DNA of 64,000 nucleotides from Iphione sp. A-MEVVRFRX5 (lineage: Eukaryota): NCBI GenBank assembly GCA_976226885.1, contig OZ320318.1:96596001-96660000 (forward strand), given 5' to 3'. Position numbers and translations under genes: made by a program. Positions 38,096 through 51,127 of the stretch are shown here, piece by piece. Numbering within the stretch: position 1 is the first letter of the stretch; each line of letters begins with the position of its first letter. The notes under the pieces were generated by a model. The model had not been told where the DNA came from. It worked only from the letters and a program-made list of their open reading frames with translations, and made no database searches.

Positions 38096-39174
38096 GTCGC
38101 TCGACTAGGAGACACATCGATAGACTGTATGCATGGGTTTCCTAATCTGAAAGCGACAACAGGTAACTAATGCAAGGCGACAGTGCCCCACCCACTCACA
38201 AATGAAATATTCACGACTGTTAACGTAACACCCGCCGGGCTTCCACAAGCAGCCATTATCCAGTAATTGCTACAAGCAAGGCTGAACTTTGAAGTCGATG
38301 AGCAACGCGTCATTGCGGGCAGCTTCCCGACGCACTGTGAAAGGAGGAGATAAGCGAGGCTTGCCAAAGAAAAGGGTCTTCCTTTTTTAATCGCTTTGCG
38401 GTGATTTATCGCGGTGCTTCGGAAGAGACTCCTCCGAGGATTTGCCTGCATGGGAATTCTCTTGTGACGTGCTCTAAGTAAACACGTAGATGCCACAGTT
38501 CGTCAGGTGTGGTCACGTGACACAGTGCTGTTGCGCATATAACTCCTAGTGAAGATGTTTCTCACCTACTTGAGCAGAAACAGACAGAGAAGCCTCTGGT
38601 GATTGGAGCGTCACGTTGGATTGAATCCGTGTATTCCTCTCTGCCGTTGCCATCTGTCTCGTTTTGTCTGTCCGTCCCCTTTTATCTCTAGCGGCTACCA
38701 GCTCCAGGCTTCAGCCATTAGCGACGTCAAAGACCGATTTCATGCCTGTGGGAACACGTGACCAGGGGAGCGAGTGATGTGATTCGAGCGCGCCGTTGCT
38801 TTTTGCACCTGACATTTCGTAACGAGATCCAGCGTGAACCAGCGAGACCGGAAGCGACGACCGCGGCGCCCTCTTCCGGCGGCGTGTGCGGGGAAAGGTT
38901 GACGTTTCCCTCCAGAGGGCGCAATTTGATTGAGTCCCGTACTTTACCTCCATGCTACTTGCAGTTGAGATGGTCATAATTGAGGCTAGGGGCATGGATG
39001 TGTGAAAAGAAGAGCACAGCAAATATGAGGGACTTGGTGGGGACCACACCTTTCATGGCAGGGGATCACGTGATAGGCGGGTAGAGCTATAGATAAGGCG
39101 CATGCTCAAACGTAGAAGGAAAGACCCAAAGAGCTGTCTCATAATTTATATAAGTATGTAATGGATGCCATTTC

Positions 39175-41330
39175 TGAGGGTACGACTAGGGTGTTCTGTG
39201 TGTTGCTTATATAATATATCTAGTGGACATTAAGGCGGGTGCGGCTGAGGGTACGACTAGGGTGTTCTGTGTGTTGCTTATATAATATATCTAGTGGACA
39301 TTAAGGCGGGTGCGGCTGAGGGTACGACTAGGGTGTTCTGTGTGTTGCTTATATAATATATCTAGTGGACATTATGGTGGGTGTGGCTGAGGGTACGACT
39401 AGGGCCTTTTGTGTGTTGCTTATATAATAAATCTAGTGGACATCAAGGTAGGTGTGGCTGAGGCTATGACTAGGGTGTTCTGTGTGTTCCTTATATAATA
39501 TATCTAGTGGACATTAAGGCGGGTACAGCTGAGGGTACGACTAGGGTGTTCTGTGTGTTCCTTATATAATATATCTAGTGGACATCAGGGCAGGTGTGGC
39601 TGAGGGTACGACTAGAGTGTCGGTGTGTTGCTTATATAATATATCTAGTGGACATTAAGGCGGGTGCGGCTGAGGGTACGACTAGGGTGTTCTGTGTGTT
39701 GCTTATATAATATATCTAGTGGACATTATGGTGGGTGTGGCTGAGGGTACGACTAGGGCCTTTTGTGTGTTGCTTATATAATAAATCTAGTGGACATCAA
39801 GGTAGGTGTGGCTGAGGCTATGACTAGGGTGTTCTGTGTGTTCCTTATATAATATATCTAGTGGACATTAAGGCGGGTACAGCTGAGGGTACGACTAGGG
39901 TGTTCTGTGTGTTCCTTATATAATATATCTAGTGGACATCAGGGCAGGTGTGGCTGAGGGTACGACTAGAGTGTCAGTGTGTTGCTTATATAATATATCT
40001 AGTGGACATTAAGGCAGGCATGGCTGAGGGTACGACTAGGGTGTTCAGTGTGTTGCTTATATAATATATCTAGTGGACATTAAGGCGGGTACAACTGAGG
40101 GTACGACTAGGGTGTTCTGTGTGTTGCTTATATAATATATCTAGTGGACATTATGGTGGGTGTGGCTGAGGGTACGACTAGGGCGTTCTGTGTGTTGCTT
40201 ATATAATAAATCTAGTGGACATTATGGTGGGTGTGGCTGAGGGTACGACTAGGGTGTTCTGTGTGTTCCTTATATGATATATCTAGTTGACATGAAGGCG
40301 GGTGTGGCTGAGGGTATGACTAGGGTATTCTGTGTGTTGCTTATATAATAAATCTAGTGGACATTATGGTGGGTGTGGCTGAGGGTACGACTAGGGTGTT
40401 TCGTGTGTTGCTTATATAATAAATCTAGTGGACATTATGGTGGGTGTGGCTGAGGGTACGACTAGGGTGTTCTGTGTGTTCCTTATATGATATATCTAGT
40501 GGACATTAAGGCGGTTGTGGCTGAGGGTAAGACTAGGGTGTTCTGTGTGTTGCTTATATAATATATCTAGTGGACATTATGGTGGGTGTGGCTGAGGGTA
40601 TGACTAGGGTGTTCTGTGTGTTCCTTATATGATATATCTAGTTGACATGAAGGCGGGTGTGGCTGAGGGTACAACCAAGGTGTTCTGTGTGTTCCTTATA
40701 TGATATATCTAGTTGACATGAAGGCGGGTGTGGCTGAGGGTACGACTAGGGTGTTCTGTGTGTTGCTTATATAATATATCTAGTGGACATTAAGGTGGGT
40801 GTGGCTGAGGGTACGATAAGGGTGTTCTGTGTGTTGCTGATATAATAAATCTAGTAGACATCAAGGCAGGTGTGGCTGAGGCTACAACTAGGGTGTTCTG
40901 TGTGTTGCTTATATAATAAATCTAGTGGACATCAAGGCGGGTGTGGCTGAGGCTACGACTAGGGTGATCTGTGTGTTGCTTATATAATAAATCTAGTGGA
41001 CATTAAGGTGGTTGTGGCTGAGGGTACGACTAGGGTTTTCTGTGTGTTGCTTATATAATATATCTAGTGGACATTAAGGTGGGTGCGGCTGAGGCTATGA
41101 CTAGGGTGATCTGTGTGTTGCTTACATAATAAATCTAGTGGACATTCAGGTGGTTGTGGCTGAGGCTACGACTAGGGTGATCTGTGTGTTGCTTATATAA
41201 TAAATCTAGTGGACATTAAGGGGGGTGTGGCAGAGGGTATGACTAGGGTGTTCTGTGTGTTGCTTATATAATATATCTAGTGGACATTAAGGTGGGTGCG
41301 GCTGAGGATACAACTAGGGTGTTCTGTGTG
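39175..41330. repeat. Minisatellite, 71-bp unit, ~30 copies
   Basis: gtacgactagggtgttctgtgtgttgcttatataatatatctagtggacattaaggcgggtgtggctgagg (39181, 39252 and onward). Confidence 0.98.
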
Positions 41331-41479
41331 TATATATGCAGCGTGGCAATGGTAGGATCGTCTGAGGGTGGAGACTAGTGTGAAGGCGCCACAGGCGGCC
41401 TGCTTGGTGGCCGGTGCTGAATGTCAGCATCAATTTGCCAGGAGAGAGAGAAACTCAGCAGTTGTAGAGTCAATCTCCT

Positions 41480-42340
41480 TCCCACCTGTTTGTCTCCTTA
41501 CCTCCTCCCCACCTACTTGTCTCAGAACCTCCTTGCCATCTCCTTGTCTCCGTACCTCCTTCCCACTTCCTCCCAACTTCCTTGTCTCTGTACCTCCTCC
41601 CCACCTCATTGTCTCCATACCTCCTCCCCACCTCCTTGTCTCTGCACCTCCTCCCCACCTCCTTATCTCCATACCTCCTTCCCACTTCCTCCCAACTTCC
41701 TTGTCTCTGTACCTCCTCCCCACCTCATTGTCTCCGTACCTCCTCCCCACCTCCTTGTCTCCGTACCTCCTCCCTACTTCCTTGTCTCTGTACCTTCTCC
41801 CCAGCTCCTTGTCTCCGTACTCCTCATTACCTCCTCCCCCACCTCCTTGTCTCTGTACCTCCTCCCTACCTTCTTGTCTCCGTACCTCCTCCCCACCTCC
41901 TTGTCTCCGTACCTCCTCCCTACTTCCTTGTCTCTGTACCTTCTCCCCAGCTCCTTGTCTCCGTACTCCTCCATACCTCCTCCCCCACCTCCTTGTCTCT
42001 GTACCTCCTCCCTACCTCCTCGTCTCCATAACCTCCTCCCCACCTCCTTATGTCTCTGTACCTCCTCCCCACTTCCCCACCTCCTTGTCTCTGTACCTCC
42101 TCTACACCTCCTTGTCTCCGTACCTCCTCCCCACCTCCTTGTCTCCGTACCTCCTCCCCATCTCTTTGTCTCTGTACTTCCTCTACACCTCCTTGTCTCC
42201 GTACCTCCTCCCCACCTCCTTGTCTCCGTACCTCCTCCCCATCTCTTTGTCTCTGTACCTCCTCTACACCTCCTTGTCTCCGTACCTCCTCCCCACCTCC
42301 TTGTCTCCGTACCTCCTCCCCACCTCCTTGTCGCCGACCT
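41480..42340. repeat. Pyrimidine-rich minisatellite, ~27-bp unit
   Basis: cctcctccccacctccttgtctccgta repeated. Confidence 0.95.
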
Positions 42341-42439
42341 CCTCTGGAGTGGAAAGAAGCTTCCTAAACCAGAGGGCTACCGCCAGGAGGAAACCACCCA
42401 CGATGGCGACCAAGAGGACCCCCAGGCCCCTGCTTGGTG
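42339..42439 (-). CDS. Candidate exon encoding one transmembrane helix
   Basis: (A)PSRGLGVLLVAIVGGFLLAVALWFRKLLSTPEE: a hydrophobic stretch followed by RK, GC3-rich codons, acceptor cacttgtcAG, weak donor GAG|GTCGGC. Confidence 0.35.
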
Positions 42440-43824
42440 CTGACAAGTGCTGAGCTGGCACTCGCCGTGGAGTCATTAATGGCCGGCGGCGCCTCCCGGA
42501 AGGCTAGCCCGGCGGAGATGACGATGACGTCATCCCTCCATTGTCCCTGTAGTTACCATGCATCGCAGGAGGGAATATAGCTGTCTATGAATATGGCTCA
42601 GCGTTCAGGGGGGATGAACGCAGCTCCTGTCTATAGTCTCCCACGTAATGGAAACACACAGAGCCTGCTACTTGTGAAAGATTCCTAGAAAATATATAAA
42701 TACCTCCCTGTGTTTCAGAGGGAACAGATTGATTGTCGTAAGTTAACATTCCGTTTTTTGACGGAGCACCTTTAGAAACGAGACCGCCTTGATTCGTCTT
42801 CGGTGGAAGTCCATGACTTACAAACCGCCGTCTTATTTCTAGCTCGTTCTCGATTTAGACGTAGACCTTTAACAATTCTGATGACTCGCCAGACCTGCAG
42901 ACATCAGGCGGCCACTCAAAGAGGCCTGAATAATCACCAATCAAGCCACTTGAGCTCTCTCCCGCCGACCCAACCGGACGACCGCGACCTTTGTACTTTG
43001 AAATGAAAGGCAGTTTGGCCGAATCTGCCAACTCCATATTAGCCTCTTACTAAAGAGTCCCAATCAAAATGAAGCGACATTGGACATCTGTTCACCTCCC
43101 ACCGTTATGTCTTAATGGTTGACAACAATTCACGATAAGGAAATGCGAATTTAAGATAAGAATGGCACATGAAAGCAGTTCGTTTTTTTTTCTATTTAGA
43201 ATGTTAGAATTGATAACGAGTAGAACCTTGGGGGGGGGGGGTTGCGAGAATAGGACATTGAACCTGACACACTTACTCGTAATCTGTATCCTTACACGAT
43301 AGTCTTTCGCAGGGATACGCGAATCATTGCCTGCGCGAGGTGAGAAGGGCAAGGAGAGGCCCACGATTTAACCCTGTCTGGCTACGTTGTGGGTGAGACG
43401 CTGCCGTTCAAGGGTCTAAGTTACTAGATGAGGTGACCCTTCGACCGCTTAGAAGTCCCGACATGGATCTAGGAAATCGCAGAAAACACCAGGATAACCA
43501 TACAGTAAGATGTGTCTTGTATTTTAAACTGAATGCTCCCCGGGATGGTATCCCTGGCTACAAATCCCCTCATATCTTATGTCCTTATGTTGCCCTAACT
43601 CCCAATCTCAATTTCCCTCGCTAAGCGAACCGGGGGCCCCCAAACGCTCCTTCCATTACGTGCTCAATCTGTTCCCCCATACCCCCCCTACCGACCTCTT
43701 CCGCAATCTCCACCACTCATCTACTCCCCAGCTCGACTCCACATCTCATTAGATGGGCAACAGCAATGCCTCTCCAAACCCCTGGAGCCACAAAACCGGT
43801 GCCTCAAACAGCTCTTACTGCAGA

Positions 43825-44580
43825 TCTCCTTCCTCATGCCTCTCCCTACACAAGTCTCACATGTCTCTTTCCTCATGCCTCTCCCTACACAGGTCTCACA
43901 TGTCTCTTTCCTCATATCTCTCTCAACCCAGGTCTCACACGTCTCTTTCCTCATGCCTCTCTCTACCCAGGTCTCACACGTCTCTTTCCTCATGCCTCTC
44001 CCTACACAGGTCTCACACGTCTCTTTCCTCATATCTCTCTCTACCCAGGTCTCACACGTCTCTTTCCTCATACCTCTCCCTATACAGGTCTCACATGTCT
44101 CTTTCCTCATATCTCTCTCTACCCAGGTCTCACACATCTCTTTCCTCATGCCTCTCTCTACCCAGGTCTCACACGTCTCTTTCCTCATGCCTCTCCCTAC
44201 ACAGGTCTCACACCTCTCTTTCCTCATATCTCTCCCTACCCAGGTCTCACACGTCTCTTTCATCATACCTCTCCCTATACAGGTCTCACATGTCTCTTTC
44301 CTCATATCTCTCTCTACACTGGTCTCACACATCTCTTTCCTCATGCCTCTCCCTACACAGGTCTCACACGTCTCTTTCCTCGTGTCTTTCCCTACACTAG
44401 TTTGACACATCTCTTGACTTGTGCTTCTCCCAGCACAAGTCTCACATCTCTTACCTAATGCTTCTCCCTACACAGGTCTCACATGTCTCCCTACATGTCT
44501 CACATCTCTTACCTAATGCTTCTCCCTACCTGGGTCTCGCATGTCTCTCACATCCCTGTCTCTCCCTGCACAGGTCTCAC
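43825..44580. repeat. Minisatellite, 39-bp unit, ~19 copies
   Basis: ggtctcacac..tctctttcctcatgcctctccctacaca at 43892, 43931, 43970, 44009 and onward. Confidence 0.95.
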
Positions 44581-44839
44581 ATGCCACTTCAGTTTCCATC
44601 AATGATCTGCAGCTCTGGCCTGGTTGATGACCCCCACGCCCTCTATACCTGCATCTTCACCTTACCGCTGGTGCTGCCACGTAGGGAGAGGTGTCATTTC
44701 CCGAGGGGAGAGGGCGTATGTGGGGGTGATTACAGTCAGGTGAGCTGGGCATACATGAAGCAATTTTCAAGTTTAGAATGCCACCCGGTCGAGCTCACAG
44801 TCGGTCAGTGACATTGGTAAAAGACGTAGAGGTCCGTCG

Positions 44840-45603
44840 AATGATCGGTCAGAGCATAAATGTGTATGTATCCCCAGCCGTCTGAGCCGTCAAGTAGCCA
44901 CCGTCAAATGATTGGTCAGAGCACAAATGTGTATGCATCCCCAGCCTTAGCCATCAAGCAGCCACCGTCAAATGATCAGTCAGAGCACAGATGTGTATGC
45001 ATCCCCAGCCTTAGCCGTCAAGCAGCCACTATCAAATGATCGGTCAGAGTGTAGATGTGTATGTATCCCCAGCCTGAGCCATCAAGTAGCCACTGTCAAA
45101 TGATCGGTCAGAGTGTAGATTTGTATGTATCCCCAGCCTGAGACGTCAAGTAGCCACCGTCAAATGATCGGTCAGAGTGTAGATGTGAATGTATCCCCAG
45201 CCTGAGACGTCAAGTAGCCACCGTCAAATGATCGGTCAGAGTGTAGATGTGTATGTATCCACAGCCTGAACCGTCAAGCAGCCACCATCAAATGATTGGT
45301 CAGAGTGTAGATGTGTATGTATCCCCAGTCTGAGACGTCAAGTGGCCACCGTCAAATGATCGGTCAGAGCACAGATGTGTATGTATCCCCAGTCTGAGAC
45401 GTCAAGTGGCCACCGTCAAATGATGGGTCAGAGAGTAAACGTGCATGTATCCCCAGCCTGCGCCATAAAGTAGCTACTGTCAAATGATGGGTCAGAGCAC
45501 AGATGTGTATGTATCTCCAGCCTGAGACGTCAAGTAGCCGCCATCAAATAATTGGTCAGAGTGTAGATGTGTATGTATCCCCAGCCTGAGCCATCAAGTA
45601 GCC
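44840..45603. repeat. Minisatellite, 64-bp unit, ~12 copies
   Basis: gtcaaatgatcggtcagagtgtagatgtgtatgtatccccagcc at 44903, 44967, 45031 and onward. Confidence 0.95.
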
Positions 45604-47039
45604 GCCACGAACTGATTCCAAAGTAGACCTGGCATAGCATAGAAGAAGGGGGCTCGTCATGCCCAAAGAGCGGGAGAACTGGCGGAACATCACACACAGG
45701 TGAAGCACTAATACTCCCCACTCCCAATGCTCCTCAGAGATAGGCCAACGTTTATAGTGTCCGTTCTGACCATGATAGGTCTAGAAAGACTAAACTGTCA
45801 GTACTGAGGCCAATCCCTGAACTTCATATAGAAAGGCTGGAGCATGCGTTAATATTCACATTATCATTCATACGTGTAAACTGTCACTTCTAAGGCAGAT
45901 TCCTTGACACGTCTCTAGGTCCTCCTCGTGGTGTACTGCGTCCCTCGGTTGTATTTTTCTGGTTGAGAGGATCAGATTGGTGTGCTTTGTGCCGGCTTGT
46001 TGACAGACTTATGTCAGTAAGAAGATTTCACGTCCAGCTGATGAAGATCATAAAGTTGCATTATGTCTGCGGTTGATCTGTACCCGGCGCCATCTTGACC
46101 AAGCTAAACAGCCTGTAAAGTAAGACACTTACCGGCGTCGCTCTCCGGAGAGGGTTCATTATGGCGTCCATGGGACAGACTTCTAGAGCTTAGAGCAAGA
46201 GCACACGTATCGGGGTGGATCGACCAAGACAGAGTTGCTGGAGAGTGATGGAGAGAGGATGAGGGAGGGAGATCAGAGGTAAGCATGCGCAAGCCATGGA
46301 TGGAAGAGGAGGGGGAAATTCAAATTGAGGCGATTGTGTACGAGCCATGAGAGGCGCGGGGAAGGTGGGTCCGCATGGGCTGCCAGGGAGGCCTGAACCC
46401 CGACGGTTGCCCCCTTCATGACGTCATTCAGTCATACGTCAGACGAGAGGTGCATGAAGCGGGCCTGGAGGGAGGGTGGGGGGGGGGGGGGGGGAGAAGG
46501 ACCAGCGGGACTGGCGGGTCGTCTCTCAGCGGTTAGGGCTGCCTCGGGAGGTCAATATGAGACTGACGGGGTCACCGCCAGTTCTCTGGATGAGGGCATC
46601 TTTCGGTGGATAGCTCCCCCTGGTGTCTAATAGCGTGACATGCCGTCACATGACGCATATCGGACCGTCTGCCATCATGTCTACCAACACCGCGAGTAAG
46701 GAGGCAACCCCCTCCCCCCTCCCGCCCCCTGCCGATCTCTCCGGGACTCATCTCAGACAAGTAGGAACGCGAACGTTTCATCAAACAGGAGGGTAAAGGA
46801 ACGAGCCATGAAAACATATTTTCCTATATGCTCAATATGAACAGGTAGGAAAGGTTGTACTATTGCCATGCTGGTTAATAAAACGCTACACATAGTAACA
46901 GGGTACCCAAAATAACAACGACAAAATAGAAATACATAAATGATAATATAACATAAATAATAATATAATGATATAATTTCCACAATGTTGACAACAAATC
47001 TGTACACGTGCAGATAAGCATAAACATTGAGTCTACAGT

Positions 47040-47815
47040 GTAGTGTATGTATTTAAGGTATTGGTTCTAATATTTCCACTCCTCTTTACTCGACAGTTAT
47101 ATCGTATGTACAAGTTAGCAGATTTAATATCCCATCTTCTATTATATATGTGTAAGGTATTGGTGCTAATATTCTCACTTCCCTTTACTCAACAGTGGTA
47201 TCATATGTGTAAGGTATTGGTTCTAATATTCCCACTCCTCTTTATTTGAGAGTTGTATCGTATATACAAGATAGCAGTTTTAATATTCTACCTTTTATTA
47301 TATATGTGTAAGGTATCAGTTCTAATATTCCCACTCCTCTTTATTCGACAGTTGTATCGTATATACAAGATAGCAGTTTTAATATTCTATCTTCTATTAT
47401 ATATATTTAAGGTATCGGTTCTAATATTCCCACTCCCTCTTTACTCAACAGTTGTATCATATATACAAGATAGCAGTTTTAATATTCTATCTTCTATTAT
47501 ATATATTTAAGGTATCGGTTCTAATATTCCCACTCCTCTTTACTCGACAGTTGTACCGTATATACAAGATAGCAGTTTTAATATTCTATCTTCTATTATA
47601 TATGTGTAAGGTATCAGTTCTAATATTCCCACTCCTCATTATTCGACAGTTGTATCGTATATACAAGATAGCAGTTTTAATATTCTATCTACTATTATAT
47701 ATATTTAAAGTATCGGTTCTAATATTCCCACTCCTCTTTACTCGACAGTGGTATCATATGTGTAAGGCAGTGGTTCTAATATTCTAACTTCTATCATACA
47801 TGTATAAGGTATAAG
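47040..47815. repeat. AT-rich tandem repeat, ~99-bp unit, ~8 copies
   Basis: aaggtat..gttctaatattcccactcctcttta repeated. Confidence 0.93.
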
Positions 47816-48689
47816 GATGAATATTCACACTTCTCTTGACCTAGGTCTGATTCTTCAGGACAAGTGGGACTGATTAACGCTTCTGCTAGCAACACTTGTG
47901 GTAGATTGTGATGCCTGCGCCGGAGTAAACCTGATTATCTCCCTCTGTGAGACCAGGCCAAGGAAAACACGAGCCGCCATGTTTGGGCGCCATGTCACCG
48001 CGCGGGTCTTCTCCCCTACCCTCCATCTTGTCCTGCGAGTGGTAACCCAGATCTTGGTGTTTATACTTGTCTATACTACGTGCTGGAAAAGGTCCATAGC
48101 TATTGCCAATTACGGATAAATATCATGTTAAAATGTCGTTATCTTAAACATGGTGTTCGACTATGAAGACGATCTCATGAGGAGCTAGTACCAGACGGGA
48201 ACTGAATACCAAACCTTCGGTTTGGGAGGCCAACACTTAACTATCTAAGGGGAAGCCAAACATAGGTTGGGAGCTAAAGGGTGGCTCCACTAACTATACT
48301 TTTATGAGCATGCTATATATAAAATTGATATTAGGTGATGGAAGCTATATTATTTAAATAATATTTTGTACACTATTATCCGGAAATGATGATTTGACCT
48401 TTACGTAGTACATAGTTTCATGATTTGAGTATGAGTGTCGAGTGTGTTTTTGTGTGATGCCTAGTTCTAAGCTGCGTTTTATCCTCTCATATCCCATGCC
48501 TGGAGGTTTGGCCGCTTGCTTGAATGGGACTGGCGGCAGACAACAAATCAGGATAATCACTTCCAGGGGTCGATGAAGCTATTAGGGGGCCATAATCCGA
48601 GTGTAAGTGGGCGCAGTGGTCGGCCGCATCACCACCAAACGGAAGCCCCTCCGCCGTCTTCCTCCGCGTGCCTAATGTTTGGTGGCTCT

Positions 48690-49622
48690 TTATCTGTCTC
48701 CTAGTCACAACCACACCTTTAAACCTACCTCCTAGTCATGACCATGTCTTTACCTGTCTCCTAGTCACAACCGTGCCTATACCTGTCTCATAGTCACAAC
48801 CCTGCCTTTACCCACCTCCTAGTCATAACCACGCCTATACCTGTCTCCTAGTAACAACCATGCCTATACCTGTCTCCTAGTCACAACCATGCCTTTACAT
48901 GTACCTCCTAGTCATAACCACTCCTTTACCTGACTCCTAGTCACAACCGTGCCTTTACCTGTCTCCTAGTTATATCCACGCCTATACCTGTCTCCTAGTA
49001 ACAACCATGCCTATACCTGTCTCATAGTCACAACCCTGCCTTTACCCACCTCCTAGTCATAACCACGCCTATACCTGACTCCTAGTCACAACCGTGCCTT
49101 TACCTGTCTCCTAGTCACAACCATGCCTTTACATGCATCTCCTAGTCATAACCACTCCTTTACCTGACTCCTAGTCACAACCGTGCCTTTACCTGTCTCC
49201 TAGTTATATCCATGCCTTTACCTGTCTCCTAGTCACAATCATGCCTTTACCTGTCTCCTAGTTATATCCATGCCTTTACCTGTCTCCTAGTCACAACCAT
49301 GCCTTTACCTGTCTCCTAGTCACAACCACACCTTTACACACACCTCCTAGTCATGACCGTGCCTTTACCTGTTTCCTAGTCATAACTATGCCTTTACCTG
49401 TCTCCTAATCACATCCATACCTTTACCTGTCTCCTAGTCACAACCATGCCTTTACCTGTCTCCTAGTCACAACCACACCTTTACCTGTTTCCTAGTCATA
49501 TCCATACCTTTACCCATCTCCTAGTCATGACCACACCTTCACCTGTCTCCTAATCACAACCATACATTTACCCGTCTCCTAGTCATATCCATGGCTTAAC
49601 CTGTCTCCTAGTCACAATCATG
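48690..49622. repeat. Minisatellite, ~30-bp unit, ~30 copies
   Basis: cctttacctgtctcctagtcacaaccatg repeated. Confidence 0.96.
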
Positions 49623-50057
49623 GCCATGGAACGGCTTTGTTGCAATCAATCCCCACCCAACCCACTCCACCATATATGTAGTAATTGTTGAATGTGTGAA
49701 ATAAAGCCTGACTATCCGAGAGCAGCCATGGCACGAGACATAATGTGTTTAGATCAGCAAGCAATGCCACATTCGGTTCACCAGCCGATTTAGTCTGACA
49801 AGCTTTGGTGGAGTGGTCGGTCGATGCTGTGTACTATTACTGAAGATTTGTACACGCAACGTCGGCCTTGCCTTCAGTAAATACGTATAAGGACGTGTAG
49901 ATGTCCTGATAAAAGACGATAAATGACATTTCCACCATCCTCGGTAAATAAAACAGAGATACCTTTTCAGCACTAATCTGAGGATCAGAAATACTGGACA
50001 GTCTCTCGTTGAGAATGGCCGGATTCCATTGTTTTCTGCACAAATATCTTGACATAA

Positions 50058-50360
50058 AGGCAGAGCTGTGTGCACAGTGTCTATACTATCCTCAAAGAAA
50101 GGCAGGGCTGTGCGTACAGTGACTGTCCTGTCCTCACAAAAAGGCAGAGTTGTGCGTACAATGACCATATTATCCTCACAGAAAGGCAGAGTTGTGCGTA
50201 CAGTGTCTGTACTGTCCCCACAGAAAGGCAGAGTTGTGTGTACGGTGACTGTACTGTCCTCTAAGAAAGGCAGGGTTGTGCATACAGTGTCTGTACTGTC
50301 CTCAGAGAAAGGCAGAGTTGTGCGTACAGTGGTGACTGTAGTGTCCTCTACCACAGTGCA
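50058..50360. repeat. Minisatellite, 42-bp unit, ~7 copies
   Basis: aggcagagttgtgcgtacagtg..tactgtcctc at 50058, 50100, 50142 and onward. Confidence 0.93.
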
Positions 50361-50574
50361 CATTCTCTGGTCCATCTAGCCAGACCGAGGTCCTTCGCAG
50401 TGCCAGCATCGCATGTGCAGTGACTGAATTCAGAGACGACCCTCATGAGATCTAAACAAAAATTATTTCTGTTTCCCCTAACATACTGGAAAAAGCAATG
50501 ATTGATAGGTAGGTTGATTTATTTAAATGCACATGTATCAGGCAACAAAGCAGTGTTTATTGGAACCATATCTA

Positions 50575-50785
50575 GAGGAGCAGTGTACAGTGGAGCAGTG
50601 TACAGTGGAGCAGTGTACAGTGGAACAGTGTTCAGTGGAACAGTGTTCAGTGGAGCAGTGTTCAGTGGAACAGTGTTATGTGGAGCAGTGTTATGTGGAG
50701 CAGTGTTATGTGGAGCAGTGTACAGTGGAACAGTGTTCAGTGTCCGGTGGAGCAGTGTTCTGTGGAGCAGTGTTAAGTGGAGCAG
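50575..50785. repeat. Minisatellite, 15-bp unit
   Basis: ggagcagtgtacagt repeated ~14 times. Confidence 0.95.
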
Positions 50786-51127
50786 AACACCTAAACTATT
50801 CTTATCTTACCACTACTAATGAACTGTTTGTTGTCCCCTCTCCTCCACTAATGCTAAGCTTCTTCCGGTAATTGACTTCCCTCTTCACGAGGTATTCTCT
50901 GGCGTTTCATGGTGAAAAATACACTTACGTGTCAAGCTTATTCAATCAGTATGCAGGTAAAGGGCTCATGTGTGGCTAAAAATACAACAAATATGAATGC
51001 AATACAAAATCAGCAGAATATCACTGTGCATGCACAGGCCCATAGCCAGGAAGTCTTGTGGGGGGTATCTCAAATTAGAGAGGGGGAACTCTTAGCTAGA
51101 GAGATGTCTGTACCTGTGAACCATACA

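Noticed and set aside
41368-42453. 361- and 340-aa L/S/P-rich ORFs
   Set aside because: Products of the 27-bp pyrimidine repeat; only the unique flank on the opposite strand looks coding.
42870-42985. DYSGLFEWPPDVC as the claudin GLW..C loop of the 62-kb gene
   Set aside because: Wrong phase for the donor at 62024, the motif is inexact, and it lies ~19 kb away.
43721-44458. Cys-rich CETC and other 13-aa-repeat ORFs on both strands
   Set aside because: The 39-bp unit is open in several frames at once; the metallothionein-like look is incidental.
44700-44770. HLTVITPTYA (minus strand) resembling the GT43 glucuronyltransferase motif ITPTY
   Set aside because: Similarity is limited to about five residues; the following sequence does not fit and another frame is equally open.
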